A stretch of DNA of 64,000 nt. Origin: Candidatus Bathyarchaeota archaeon. GTDB lineage: Archaea > Thermoproteota > Bathyarchaeia > Bathyarchaeales > DTEX01. Position numbers and translations under genes: made by a program. Below, piece by piece: positions 45,406-55,743 of the stretch (its first letter is position 1; each line of letters begins with the position of its first letter). A model generated the notes under the pieces. The model did not search any database, was not told the DNA's origin, and saw only the letters and a list, made by a program, of their open reading frames with translations. Location: the NCBI GenBank assembly GCA_018396655.1, contig JAGTQF010000002.1, forward strand, positions 5,962 through 69,961, read 5' to 3'.

Positions 45406-46337
45406 AAGGCTAGAAACCGTTCTATATCGTCCCATGATGGCAGATTTTCTATGTCCCCTCTAACGGTTACGACGAGCGCCCCGGCAACATTACCATATGT
45501 TAGGGCCTCTTCTAGGCTTCTATTCTTGAGTATGCCTGCTATGAAAGCTGCGGCGAAGGCGTCTCCAGCACCTATAACGTCAACTACTGGAACCTTAAAG
45601 CCTGGCTTCGTAATGGTCTCTCTACCATTAGAGGCTATAGCGCCCTCTTCACCTAATTTAACTACTACTGTCTCCGGGCCCATAGAGAGCATCTTATCAA
45701 TTATTTTCTGCGGGTCCTTCTCGCCTATTAAAATCTCAGCGTCCTCCGGCTCCGTTAAGAGTATATTTGCGCCTTCAACTATTGGTAGTAGTGTTTCACG
45801 AGCCTTCTCCTTTGAGGGCCAGAGCTTAAGCCTAATGTTTGTGTCAAAGGAGACCTTAACTCCACCTTCCTGTGCTACTCTTAAAGCCTTAAATGTTGCC
45901 TCCATGCAACTCTCGCTTAATGCTGGTGTGATTCCAGTTAAATGCAGGAGCCTAGCGCTTTTAATGTATCCCTCATCGATGTCTTCTGGTGAGAGCCTAC
46001 TTGCAGCTGAACCACGCCTATAATAAAAAACCATGCTCTTTCCCGGAATTGGGTAACCCCTCTGAATGAAATATATGCCAGTTGGCGCATCATCAATTTT
46101 AATTCTTGAGGTATCAACACCCTCACCGCGCAGAACAGACAATATATATTTTCCGAATTCATCGTTTCCAACCCGTGTTATGAAGCCAGCTTTAAATCCA
46201 AGTCTTGCCATACCGATTGCGAAGTTTGCCTCTGAGCCAGCAGCGTGCTTCTCAAAGTAGGTGACGTGTCTTAGGGGGCCTACTGTAACTGGATTAAATT
46301 GTATCATCATTTCACCTAATGTGACAACATCTAGCAT
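45375..46337 (-). CDS. kdgK: PfkB-family sugar kinase, 2-keto-3-deoxygluconate kinase-like
   Basis: VVTLGEMMIQFNP ... GGSEANFAIGMARLG-type motif (AAGSEANFAIGMARLG) and C-terminal VVDVIGAGDAFAAAFIAG. Confidence 0.8.
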   Translation of the reverse strand: MLDVVTLGEMMIQFNPVTVGPLRHVTYFEKHAAGSEANFAIGMARLGFKAGFITRVGNDEFGKYILSVLRGEGVDTSRIKIDDAPTGIYFIQRGYPIPGKSMVFYYRRGSAASRLSPEDIDEGYIKSARLLHLTGITPALSESCMEATFKALRVAQEGGVKVSFDTNIRLKLWPSKEKARETLLPIVEGANILLTEPEDAEILIGEKDPQKIIDKMLSMGPETVVVKLGEEGAIASNGRETITKPGFKVPVVDVIGAGDAFAAAFIAGILKNRSLEEALTYGNVAGALVVTVRGDIENLPSWDDIERFLAFQRREHVTFR

Positions 46338-46426
46338 TGAGCATCACCAAAGAGAGTTATCTTATGAGGGGTAATAAGATTAAAGATTTCAGTGGGCGTG
46401 GGTGTTTTGACGGAGAGTATTGTGAA

Positions 46427-46633
46427 CTACTTTTTATGGAGCGCTATGAACCTCCTTATTGACCTATCATATGTCCGTTCGATTTCTGGTGGGAAATAGC
46501 ATGCTGGGAGCTCACCGTGCATTCTGTGATTAAGTAGACACTCGCAGCACATACCTTTAATATCACATGGATAGGTGCATGGACAATTTTCTAGATTAAT
46601 TTTTATGTTTGGGCACGGTTTTCTATCAGCCAT
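46427..46633 (-). CDS. small Cys-rich protein (resembles the CPC...CCEC...ELPACYF family of uncharacterised proteins)
   Basis: 68 aa with 8 Cys: KPCPN..NCPCTYPCDIKGMCCECLLNHRMHGELPACYF. Confidence 0.55.
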   Translation of the reverse strand: MADRKPCPNIKINLENCPCTYPCDIKGMCCECLLNHRMHGELPACYFPPEIERTYDRSIRRFIALHKK

Positions 46634-46760
46634 CTGATTGCACCAACCTTAAATGAGAAATACTTAGTATTCTCTTAAAGAGCTTTCTCCATTTTTATCC
46701 CAAGCTTTTCTAATGTAGATAGGAGTCTATCTTCTGGTTAGCCTCCCCCTCTCCTCCCCT

Positions 46761-47309
46761 TTAAACGCTACTAAATCTAAGTTCCTCAAGAGTCTCTTTA
46801 AATATGTTGAATGTTTCGTCATCATAGAGACAGAAGATTATTCTCTTTATGCTTGTTCCACCCCTAACATATGATATTGCTGCTGGAATCATCGTTTCTG
46901 CGCAAATCTTCTTCGGCAGCCCGAAGGCTCCGGTTGAGATGGCTGGAAAGGCAATGCTAGATATTCCATGCTGCTCAGCAAGCTTTAGGCTATTTAACAC
47001 GGCATCCCTGAGCTTTCTCTCTTCGTCACCCTTGCCGTAGACTGGGCCGACCGCATGTATAACATACTTGGCTTTAAGTTTTCCACCACTAGTTATTGCC
47101 GCTCCACCAACTGGTATTGGGCCTCTCTTTGCTATTATCTCATCGCATTCATCTTGTATTCTCTGTCCACCCTTCCTTTTTATCGCACCAGCAACCCCAC
47201 CGCCCATCTTGAGCATGCTATTTGCTGCATTAACGATGCAATCAACATCAAGCTCTGTTATATCGCCTTTGACAAGCTCAATCGACGTCTCGCCGACATT
47301 AATCTTCAT
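46761..47309 (-). CDS. macro-domain protein (ADP-ribose / O-acetyl-ADP-ribose binding or hydrolysing)
   Basis: LVKGDITELDVDCIVNAANSMLKMGGGVAGAI ... HAVGPVY ... SIAFPAISTGAFG are the canonical macrodomain blocks. Confidence 0.9.
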   Translation of the reverse strand: MKINVGETSIELVKGDITELDVDCIVNAANSMLKMGGGVAGAIKRKGGQRIQDECDEIIAKRGPIPVGGAAITSGGKLKAKYVIHAVGPVYGKGDEERKLRDAVLNSLKLAEQHGISSIAFPAISTGAFGLPKKICAETMIPAAISYVRGGTSIKRIIFCLYDDETFNIFKETLEELRFSSV

Positions 47310-47385
47310 GCGGCATCACCGATAATAATTTTGTCGAATAGCTAATAAAGGCTTTTAAAGTAATCTTCCTTTTTGGGTATAATTT

Positions 47386-48522
47386 ATGCGCATAAAACAT
47401 GATGCGGCGGACTCGCTGAGGAAAATACGAGATTATTTAATACTCCTCCTTCTGCTTTTTCTTCTTTCCTTCTTCGTTGGCCACTCTCAGTTTACGCAAA
47501 GAAAAGCGGCTGGAAAGGAGTTTACTTTAACAATGAAGATAATCTATGAGAATAAGGGAGAATCACAGGAAATATGGAATTTAACTAGAAGCGACAGAGC
47601 AATCGGCTTATTTATGAATAATAGCTGGCAAATCGTCTATTTATTGAGCGCCTCCTACCCTGTTGAGGGATTCACTAAAGATTTGGATGGAAACATTATT
47701 GCCATACTGAATTTCGGAAGGGACAAAATCTATCCGGGTGAAACAATAAATTACAGCATTACATATAGACTGATATTTAGGGCGCGTAGCCTACCTAAAA
47801 TATCGGAGACAGAGTCTTGGGATATAGCTAGCATACCAAAAGAGCTAAAAGACAAATATTGTGAACCTACAGGGCTCTGGCAGTCAAATATGTCCCAGCT
47901 ACATGAGAAGGCCCTAGAAATAGCTGGTGGTGAGACTAGAGTTTTATCAATCCTTAAGAGGTTTGTCGCCTGGATAAGAGATAACATCAGATATGATTCC
48001 TCTGAAGTTCCAAGATATCCGAATGAAACCCTCTCTTTGCTTGCAGGTGACTGCGACGACCAAGCTAATCTACTGATAACCTTCTGCCGGTCTATTGGAA
48101 TACCGGCTTACTTGCAGATTGGTTGCATTTACATACCACAATATGACCGAAGCCTAAGATATTGGAGTGGGCATCTGTTAATTAGACAGATTGGGGTTGG
48201 ATGGCATGGTTGGGCAATGGTTTATGTTCCACCGTGGGGTTGGCTGCCAGTAGACCTAACATACGTGAGAAGAGAGCTTCTGGAAGATAATCCACTGAAC
48301 TCTATAATATTTTCGGCGGTAATAGCGCATTACACTTTTCAGTATATGAACATCACTAGGACAGATTATGTTGCGGAGTCTAGAGCGATGAGGGATTTTC
48401 TTATGTCACATGAATTCTACATTCACGAGGAGGATAATATGGAGGAAAGAAGGGTTGAGGGGTCTCTACTTTTAAGGCCAATTTTAGTCGCTACAGCTTG
48501 TAGAATGCTGCTCAATATTTAA
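47386..48522 (+). CDS. membrane-anchored transglutaminase-like cysteine protease-fold protein
   Basis: N-terminal TM segment LILLLLLFLLSFFVG and the Cys-His-Asp core GDCDDQANLLITFCRSIGIPAY ... GWHGWAMVY ... LPVDLT. Confidence 0.8.
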   Translation: MRIKHDAADSLRKIRDYLILLLLLFLLSFFVGHSQFTQRKAAGKEFTLTMKIIYENKGESQEIWNLTRSDRAIGLFMNNSWQIVYLLSASYPVEGFTKDLDGNIIAILNFGRDKIYPGETINYSITYRLIFRARSLPKISETESWDIASIPKELKDKYCEPTGLWQSNMSQLHEKALEIAGGETRVLSILKRFVAWIRDNIRYDSSEVPRYPNETLSLLAGDCDDQANLLITFCRSIGIPAYLQIGCIYIPQYDRSLRYWSGHLLIRQIGVGWHGWAMVYVPPWGWLPVDLTYVRRELLEDNPLNSIIFSAVIAHYTFQYMNITRTDYVAESRAMRDFLMSHEFYIHEEDNMEERRVEGSLLLRPILVATACRMLLNI

Positions 48523-48621
48523 TGGCCTGACAAGTTTTCCGCAGTTAAATGCGAATAGTTTATATGTTAAATCTTCCTTTCAAGATTATCAATCCCCTAA
48601 GAGAAGGAATGTGCGTAAAGA

Positions 48622-48987
48622 ATGGCTAAATTCAAGGTGATAGTTTCCGACCCAAAAACTGGGAAATCAAACGTTGTTGAACTTGAGGGAGCAAAGGCCA
48701 CACCATTAATAGGTAGAAGGATAGGCGACATAATTAATGGCTCGATTCTCGGCATGCCGGGGAAAAAATTGCAGATAACTGGTGGAAGCGATAAGGATGG
48801 GTTTCCGATGAGACCAGATATACAGGGTGGTGTCAAGATAAAAGTTCTTTTGAGCGGTGGTGTTGGCTTTAAACCCAAAGATAAAGGTGAAAGAAGGAGA
48901 AAGATGGTTCGGGGAAGCGTAATAACTGAAGACATAGTTCAGATAAACATGAAGATTATGGTGGAGGAAGAGGCTAAAGCCTCATAA
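48622..48987 (+). CDS. rps6e: 30S ribosomal protein S6e
   Basis: MAKFKVIVSDPKTGKS...LQITGGSDKDGFPMRPDIQGG...RRRKMVRG. Confidence 0.9.
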   Translation: MAKFKVIVSDPKTGKSNVVELEGAKATPLIGRRIGDIINGSILGMPGKKLQITGGSDKDGFPMRPDIQGGVKIKVLLSGGVGFKPKDKGERRRKMVRGSVITEDIVQINMKIMVEEEAKAS

Positions 48988-48997
48988 AACGCTCTTT

Positions 48998-49564
48998 TTA
49001 TGCCTTAAACCATTTGAAAATTAGATATTCAACCTTATCCTTCTCTAAGTCTGGAACTGCTATGATGAACCTCTTTCTGACGGTTGTGGCTAGTCTGCCA
49101 GCCTTGACTATCTCAGTAGGCGTTACCTCATCCTTCCTACTCTTAACTGAAACCATGTAGGGCGCATGCTCTAAACCAGGACCCTGCCTATAAACTGCAA
49201 AATCACATCCGAACTTTACACCAGGGGTTACTACAAGCCCCTTCTCCCTTAAATCCTTATAAACAGCGTATTTTAGGTCAAAATCTTCATAGACTTTTCT
49301 TGCCCTACTCTTGAGGAGCTTAACGCTCACTTTATTCTTTTCTTGCCCCTCAAAGACCCTAATAATTCCCTTCTCTAGCAGATATAATCCTTCCATTAAG
49401 TCAAGTATTAGTGGAACATTAAAGTCTGGGCTCTTAGGCTTAGGTATTCCGAGGGGCTTACCATAAAAGCCCATTTTATAAAGTTCTGAACCATCTTTAG
49501 GGTTCCAAACGATTAAGAAGTTCTCAACAAACTCCGCTTCTATCTTGCCTTCCCTATTTGTCAT
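48998..49564 (-). CDS. endA: tRNA-splicing (intron) endonuclease
   Basis: YLLEKGII..., GLVVTPGVKFGCDFAVYRQGPGLEHAPYMVSV and ATTVRKRFIIAV. Size is that of the archaeal catalytic subunit. Confidence 0.85.
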   Translation of the reverse strand: MTNREGKIEAEFVENFLIVWNPKDGSELYKMGFYGKPLGIPKPKSPDFNVPLILDLMEGLYLLEKGIIRVFEGQEKNKVSVKLLKSRARKVYEDFDLKYAVYKDLREKGLVVTPGVKFGCDFAVYRQGPGLEHAPYMVSVKSRKDEVTPTEIVKAGRLATTVRKRFIIAVPDLEKDKVEYLIFKWFKA

Positions 49565-49582
49565 TATATCTATTTATACCCC

Positions 49583-50242
49583 CTACAGCGCAAGGGCGAG
49601 TATTCTAGTGGCATCAGAGGCATCCTCAATCTTATCGGCTGTATCCTCAAGAAGTTGTATGACATCCCTTGCTAGAAGAGTTCTAGGCATATCAATGCCT
49701 CGCTCTAAGAGCAATATCTCAAGTCTCCTATAAAGGTTATCAACCTCCCTTTCGGTCATTTCTACGTCCTTGGCCTTCTCAGATATCTGTGGTGAACCAT
49801 AATTTAATGCGAAGACAACATCTCTAAGTCTCATCATGGCATTAAACACCGTGCTTGAGAGCTCAGCTATACCCTTCTTTATGTCTAATGGAATATCCCA
49901 TTTACGCTCAATCATGGCTAGTATCCTAAAAGATACACCTTTATATAACTCAGCAATCTCGCTTGTTACGTAAGTGAACCTGAGAAAATCCTCGCGATTA
50001 AGCAGTATGGCACCTATCTCGATAAGCTCCTGTGCAATCATTCTCTTTGACTCAGCAACTTCATCGCTTAATCTCTGAACTTCCTCATATAGGTGCATAA
50101 CGGAACTCGCATCATCATTGAGAAAGGCATCAATAATCTGCGCTGTCTTCCGAGCAACCTCAATAACCTTTCTTAGATGGTCTTGGCAGAGGTTTAGAGC
50201 CCTCCTTTTGGCGCGTGGCTCAGCCTCTATTGGGAATACCAA
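49583..50242 (-). CDS. DUF47 / PhoU-like (TIGR00153-type) helical protein
   Basis: Two-repeat helical pattern with a C-terminal LLEDTADKIEDASDATRILAL (DxxDxxED). TTG start. Confidence 0.65.
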   Translation of the reverse strand: MVFPIEAEPRAKRRALNLCQDHLRKVIEVARKTAQIIDAFLNDDASSVMHLYEEVQRLSDEVAESKRMIAQELIEIGAILLNREDFLRFTYVTSEIAELYKGVSFRILAMIERKWDIPLDIKKGIAELSSTVFNAMMRLRDVVFALNYGSPQISEKAKDVEMTEREVDNLYRRLEILLLERGIDMPRTLLARDVIQLLEDTADKIEDASDATRILALAL

Positions 50243-50315
50243 TGGGAAATCCCCAGCCCCGCTACTTAGCGCAGTATCCTCACAAAAAATTAGATTAAGG
50301 GATTTAAAAATCTAC

Positions 50316-52079
50316 CTACTGCTTCTCAACTGGTTCTCCTAAATCTTCAAAGTTGATTTTATAGCGGAAGAAGTCGTGTAAGAGATATGGAAGCCTATTT
50401 ATCTCAGTCCTAACTTGCCTCCATGTATCTCTATCCCTTATAGTTACAGTTTCATCCTTAAGGGTTTGGTAGTCTATTGTGATGCAAAGTGGGACTCCAA
50501 TCTCATCAAAGCGCGCATATCGCCTACCAATGTAGCCGGACTCATCATACTCAACCATATAACCCTCATTTATGAGGAGTTTATAAACCGCTCTAGCTTT
50601 CTCTGGAAGCCCATCTCTATTGACAAGGGGGAGAACTGCGAGCTGGATAGGAGCTATATCCCTAGGAAGCCTAAGAACAACTCTATCCTCTTTAACTGAG
50701 TAGGCGTATTCTAAGGCAGCATAGGCTAATCGGTCTGACCCAAAACTCGGCTCTATAACGTGCGGGATGAAATGCTTACCCTTCTCTCTAACCTCAACTT
50801 TAGTAACCTCAACATGCTCTGGAGTAATCTTAAGCCCATTAACCTCATAGAAGCCATTCTCATTGAAGGCTGTTAGGAGAGCCTGTGGATTAATATTCTG
50901 CAGTATGCCTAAAACCTCAGCGGCTCTTTCACCAAAGGCTCGACCTATATTTTGAATTAACGGCTTAATCTTCACTTCAACCCTCACAGTCTCCTTATCA
51001 CTAGGCTTAAAAACCCTCATATCCACTCCGCTTTCCCTCATGTGACCTTTCAAGTCATAGTCTGTTCTATAATTGAATCCGGCAACCTCAACCCAACCCC
51101 ACCGGTCTAAGTAAACCTCTTGGTCGAATCCCTGGGCTGAGTAATGGGCTCTTTCCCATGGATGCTTCTCGATAAAGCGCTGTCTATCATCAGGTATGCC
51201 TAAACTTGCCACAAAGCGTTTAGCTAGGGCCATGAAGTAGGCATGCCATTCAACCATAACATAACCTTTAGCAACAATATCTCTGACCTTTAGCTCAATT
51301 GGCGTCTCATCGCCCTTAAGCCTATTCTCGGCCAAAACAAGCCTAAGCTTCTCATCAGCAACCTCATCTAGTAGGGGACATTGGGGCTTCTCTGGGTCAA
51401 AGAAGAACTCTAAATCGATTATCGTAAACTCCCTAAGCCTTATAGGACCCTGCCTTGGAGATATCTCATTCCTCAGGGCATGCCCTATCTGAGCGAAGCC
51501 TATGGGCAAGCGCTCCCTAACCTGCTCATAGAGACGCTTAAATTCAACGAATATTCCCTGAGCTGCTTCCGGACGACCATAGCCAATGCTCTCAGAGTAT
51601 GGACCAATGGTTGTCTGAAACATTGTTAGGAAATACTTCGGCTCAGAGAGCTCTCCACCACAATCGGGGCACTTAATACTGTGGCGCTCAATCTCCTCCC
51701 AAATCTCGCTCAGTCCCATCCTATCAGTTTCCTGCGAACTCAACTCAGCAATCTCTTGAAGGAGGTGGTCGGCTCTAAATTTCCTCCTACATTTCGTGCA
51801 CTCAACCATAGGCTCCTTAAAGTGGTCTACGTGACCGGAAGCCTTAAAGACCCGCTCTGGAGCGATTATCGGAGACTCAATCTCATAAAAGTTTAGTCTC
51901 CTCAGAAAAATATCCCTAAATTTGTCTTCAATTTTGCGCTTCATGATTGAGCCGAGCGGACCCCAATTTATAAAGCCGCTCACACCACCATAAATTTCAT
52001 AGGATGGCCAGAAAAAGCCCCTTCTGCGGGCCATCTCGCTCACTTTCTCAAATTTGTCCGCGACATTCATTATTGGCAT
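50316..52079 (-). CDS. glyS: glycine--tRNA ligase (archaeal/eukaryal-type class II)
   Basis: RRGFFWPSYEIYGGVSGFINWGPLG, class II motif 2 FRNEISPRQGPIRLREF and motif 3 EPSFGSDRLAYA. Confidence 0.95.
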   Translation of the reverse strand: MPIMNVADKFEKVSEMARRRGFFWPSYEIYGGVSGFINWGPLGSIMKRKIEDKFRDIFLRRLNFYEIESPIIAPERVFKASGHVDHFKEPMVECTKCRRKFRADHLLQEIAELSSQETDRMGLSEIWEEIERHSIKCPDCGGELSEPKYFLTMFQTTIGPYSESIGYGRPEAAQGIFVEFKRLYEQVRERLPIGFAQIGHALRNEISPRQGPIRLREFTIIDLEFFFDPEKPQCPLLDEVADEKLRLVLAENRLKGDETPIELKVRDIVAKGYVMVEWHAYFMALAKRFVASLGIPDDRQRFIEKHPWERAHYSAQGFDQEVYLDRWGWVEVAGFNYRTDYDLKGHMRESGVDMRVFKPSDKETVRVEVKIKPLIQNIGRAFGERAAEVLGILQNINPQALLTAFNENGFYEVNGLKITPEHVEVTKVEVREKGKHFIPHVIEPSFGSDRLAYAALEYAYSVKEDRVVLRLPRDIAPIQLAVLPLVNRDGLPEKARAVYKLLINEGYMVEYDESGYIGRRYARFDEIGVPLCITIDYQTLKDETVTIRDRDTWRQVRTEINRLPYLLHDFFRYKINFEDLGEPVEKQ

Positions 52080-52155
52080 TTATACATCACACCCTAGAGA
52101 CTGCTTTTAATCGCTTAAGGCTTGAGAGCTCCCTAAATTATTGAATACCCTCCTC

Positions 52156-53742
52156 TTATAGGTTTTTGCTCATATATGGCCCATCATACGTGTAGCCGAA
52201 GCGCATATAATACTGTTTTGTTCCCAGAGCACTCGTAACAAGAATCTTTCTGCAACCCCTCTCAACACTTATCTCTTCAGCCCTCTCAAGCAGAAGTCTC
52301 CCGCAACCCTTATGCTGATACTCATCGGTGGCGCTCTTGCCAACTGGAACCAGCGGGCCCAAGACACGCAACTCCCTGATTATTGAGACATTTTTCCCCG
52401 CAATTTCAGGCCTATGTGCCATGCTTGATGGAAACCTCAACCTCAAATATCCAATTAACACATCATTTACTGGGTCCTCCACTGATATGAAGAGCTCCTC
52501 ACCACCAGAAGCCTCGTACTCCCTAACCAAAACTTTAATATTAGTTAGGTCTGGCTTAACATGGTCTTTAAGCCACCTATGCCCAACCTCACGGCATCTT
52601 ATGCACCTACATCGTAAGCCCTCAGCCTTAAGCTTCGCCAGAGCTATCTCGCGCAGATTGCTCTTCTTAACACCAGCCTCAATCATATATGCCGGTACAT
52701 CCCTCTGAACACGCATTATCCTAACCCACTCTGGAACAATCTTCTTAACTTCAGCTATTAGCTCAGCAGCCTCCTCAGTAGTATAAGGCTTATAGAGATC
52801 CTTAACCCACCAATCATAAACCTTAGTCCCTTTAATCACTAGGCATGGATAAATCTTAAGCATATCAGGCTTAAAATCAGGATCAGAAAAAATTCTCTTA
52901 AAAGCCTCAAGGTCCCTATCAAAATTTGAACCGGGCAGACCCGGCATCATATGATAAACAACCTTTAATCCCGAATCCTTAAGTATTCTCGTAGCCTCTA
53001 TCACATCCCTAACCGTATGACCCCTATTTACCAAAGCGTATATATCGTCATAAATGTTCTGGACGCCTATCTCTACCCGCGTCACGCCATAAGATAGCAT
53101 CCTATCAACATGAGTCTCCTTACACCAGTCTGGTCTGGTCTCAATGGTTATTCCAACATTCCTGATACGGCTCACCTCAGCATTCCTCTTAGCCTCCTCA
53201 AGGGACTTTGATGATATGCCAGTAATCGCATCCAAGCACTCCTTAATGAAGTATTCCTGGTAATCAACCGGCATGGCCAAGAATGTTCCACCCATAACTA
53301 TTAATTCAACTTTATCGACCGTATGTCCAATGGCTTCGAGCTGCTCAATCCTATGCCTAACCTGCCTATATGGGTCAAATCCATGCTGCAACCCACGCAT
53401 CGTAGCCGGCTCACGTCCAGTATAGCTCTGCGGAACACCATAAGATGGGCCGCCTGGACAATAGGCGCATGGCTCCCTCTGCGGGCACGGCCAGGGCTTA
53501 GCCATAACGGCTATCACGGTAATGCCAGAGATAACCCTAACCGCTTTCCTACGAAGAACCCTAAGGAGCTTCGCCCTCTCCTCCGGCCTTAAACACCGTA
53601 TGAGCTCAGAGTTTGAGGGTATGCTGCTTAAGCCATATTTCTCAGCAACCCTAGTCTTAGCTAAACTAACATCCCTCACCGAAGGACTAGGTATACTCAT
53701 TAAATACTCAATAATCTCTCTACATATGATATCGTTCATCAA
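52156..53742 (-). CDS. elp3: Elp3-family tRNA uridine(34) modification radical SAM / acetyltransferase
   Basis: Radical SAM CAYCPGGP cluster region, a TIM-like core and a C-terminal GNAT HKGCGRLLLERAEE. Size is 528 aa. Confidence 0.95.
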   Translation of the reverse strand: MMNDIICREIIEYLMSIPSPSVRDVSLAKTRVAEKYGLSSIPSNSELIRCLRPEERAKLLRVLRRKAVRVISGITVIAVMAKPWPCPQREPCAYCPGGPSYGVPQSYTGREPATMRGLQHGFDPYRQVRHRIEQLEAIGHTVDKVELIVMGGTFLAMPVDYQEYFIKECLDAITGISSKSLEEAKRNAEVSRIRNVGITIETRPDWCKETHVDRMLSYGVTRVEIGVQNIYDDIYALVNRGHTVRDVIEATRILKDSGLKVVYHMMPGLPGSNFDRDLEAFKRIFSDPDFKPDMLKIYPCLVIKGTKVYDWWVKDLYKPYTTEEAAELIAEVKKIVPEWVRIMRVQRDVPAYMIEAGVKKSNLREIALAKLKAEGLRCRCIRCREVGHRWLKDHVKPDLTNIKVLVREYEASGGEELFISVEDPVNDVLIGYLRLRFPSSMAHRPEIAGKNVSIIRELRVLGPLVPVGKSATDEYQHKGCGRLLLERAEEISVERGCRKILVTSALGTKQYYMRFGYTYDGPYMSKNL

Positions 53743-53798
53743 GATATTATCCTTTAAATGTGAAAATTATAAGCTTGCTGCCGCATTAGTTAAATCAC

Positions 53799-55712
53799 TC
53801 ATTTACTTTCCCAAGGAAACCTCCAGTGGATTAAATCGGTCATTCCACTATACCATTCACCACTTGCAATCGTAAAATGCGCCTCTAAAGGATTGCTCTC
53901 GCGCATAATTTTTATCATTAAATGGTTCCATCCCCTCCTAAGGTTCACCCACGCGTAATTTGACCTATCACCTTTATAGCTAGGCCTTAAGGGAACAGGC
54001 TTAATAGTCTCATGTATTAACTCACCATTCAGCCAGAACCTCATGCGACTATTGTTTGGCACACCAATTAAAGCCTTACGTTCTTCTGGCGAATAAATAA
54101 AATGTCTCAAATATATTATTCCTGGCTTTCCATTGAAGAAACTTTCAATCTCAAGCGAGTTTTCAGGCCATGAAGCAATCCTCCATCCTTCACCAATCTC
54201 ATAAAGGTCTTTATCCTCTTCTGGTGGAAAAACAGCCTCTAGGGAAAGTGGTTTTCGAAAGACCTCTGAAACCAGCCATCGAAAGCCTCCAACAAACACT
54301 ATAGGAACACTTAGAAGGCGTGGTCTATTATATAGAAGCACTTTAACTAAGCACTCATTTGAAGCATTTATGTCTTTCGCCGATGCTGTAACCGAAAACT
54401 TAAAGCTAGCCTTCTCATGAGCATTTAGACTTAATTGATAGGAAGCTACAGGCTCAAGTGTCCAACCTGATGGTACGGATATGCTCAAAATACCAGAGAT
54501 AGATGTTAAACATTTATTTTCAATGGAGATAAGAAATCTGTTAGGTTTCATTGGAAGTATCGCTGGACCGTCTAAATAAGTTACAAAGACCCTTATACTC
54601 GTTAAGTTAAAATCTACCTCGTTAGGTGGCAAATTCCAGAAAGACTTAATATCTTCAATTGACTGTCTTACAATTACTTCTGCATCTCTGAAATCATCAT
54701 TCTCTGAAATTTCAATCGGGGCACCAAAACACCTTAAAACTTTCTCGCCTATTGCGCATACATCATTTGTTAATTCTTCAAGATTTGCTGGCACATGTAT
54801 GTTTTTTATCCCATTACTTACAGCTATCGTGTTGCCTAAGGGCTTAATCCATTTTTCTGGAAGCTTTCTTCTTCCACACAATATGCCCCATATTGCTCCA
54901 ACGGTTGCACCTGTGCAATCAGTATCCCATCCGCAATTCACAGCTTTACAAATCGCGTCTCCAAAATCTTCTCCATAAAGTAAACCGATCGTTTGAAAAC
55001 CTAAATTTATTGGCGAGTATTGGGCTATTGGACTATAAACTGACTCTTTAACGCGCTCACGAGCTTCTTTCCAACTTAATCCTCTTAGATAAGATTCTAA
55101 TGCTATTTTAATAGCCCTTGCGGTCGCTGAACTTTCCGGTATCGACGCTAAACCTAGCTTAACAAGCTCAAGCCGATCCTCTATAACAAAAGCCGCGGAT
55201 TCAAGAACTGCATTAAATATTTCGCCATAAACAGATTCTCCACCAGCATGATCGCATATAGCATCTTGGTAGGCGTATTTAGCGGCAATATTCGGAGCCC
55301 CCGGAGATATACACGCCCATATCTCAGATCTTATTGGGCTGCCCATGCAATCCTTAAACCAGTTATTGTACCATCCGGATACAGGTGGCTGAAGGCCTTT
55401 CCTTAAATTTGTCTTGCTAAACCCATATTCATCCGGGTTATAGAGTATACAATCGAGCCAGTAATCAGCTAGGTCACGTGCAGTTAAATAGATGCCTCTC
55501 TCTTTGAGCGCTTGAAGCCAAACAAGCTGTATTTCTAAATCATCGTTTGGTATGCCGCCCTCAGCAATTTTTGGATACCACCAAACGTTAAACATTTCTT
55601 CTTGGCCATAAGGGCCTTCTAGTGGGCCACCAAGCGTTCCGCCAGCATTTTTACCTAACCAGCATCCGTAAACCTTATCCCAGTAAGTTTCCCTACTAAT
55701 CTTCAATTTCAT
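53799..55712 (-). CDS. ADP-ribosylglycohydrolase (ARH)-family domain fused to a ~300-aa beta-rich C-terminal region
   Basis: YWDKVYGCWLGKNAGGTLGGPLEG, NDDLEIQL and NCGWDTDCTGATVGAIWG are ARH metal-site blocks. The C-terminal half is unassigned. GGTGA lies 7 nt upstream of ATG 55712, which is preferred to 55766. Confidence 0.8.
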   Translation of the reverse strand: MKLKISRETYWDKVYGCWLGKNAGGTLGGPLEGPYGQEEMFNVWWYPKIAEGGIPNDDLEIQLVWLQALKERGIYLTARDLADYWLDCILYNPDEYGFSKTNLRKGLQPPVSGWYNNWFKDCMGSPIRSEIWACISPGAPNIAAKYAYQDAICDHAGGESVYGEIFNAVLESAAFVIEDRLELVKLGLASIPESSATARAIKIALESYLRGLSWKEARERVKESVYSPIAQYSPINLGFQTIGLLYGEDFGDAICKAVNCGWDTDCTGATVGAIWGILCGRRKLPEKWIKPLGNTIAVSNGIKNIHVPANLEELTNDVCAIGEKVLRCFGAPIEISENDDFRDAEVIVRQSIEDIKSFWNLPPNEVDFNLTSIRVFVTYLDGPAILPMKPNRFLISIENKCLTSISGILSISVPSGWTLEPVASYQLSLNAHEKASFKFSVTASAKDINASNECLVKVLLYNRPRLLSVPIVFVGGFRWLVSEVFRKPLSLEAVFPPEEDKDLYEIGEGWRIASWPENSLEIESFFNGKPGIIYLRHFIYSPEERKALIGVPNNSRMRFWLNGELIHETIKPVPLRPSYKGDRSNYAWVNLRRGWNHLMIKIMRESNPLEAHFTIASGEWYSGMTDLIHWRFPWESK

Positions 55713-55743
55713 GTAAATTTCACCACAAGCTACTGAAATTCTT

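Noticed and set aside
46761-55712. The macrodomain plus the ARH-family protein were considered as parts of an ADP-ribosylation toxin-antitoxin or defence module (DarTG-like).
   Set aside because: The two genes are about 6.5 kb apart and separated by housekeeping genes (rps6e, endA, glyS, elp3). No ADP-ribosyltransferase-like ORF is visible. The ARH gene is operonic with a sugar kinase.
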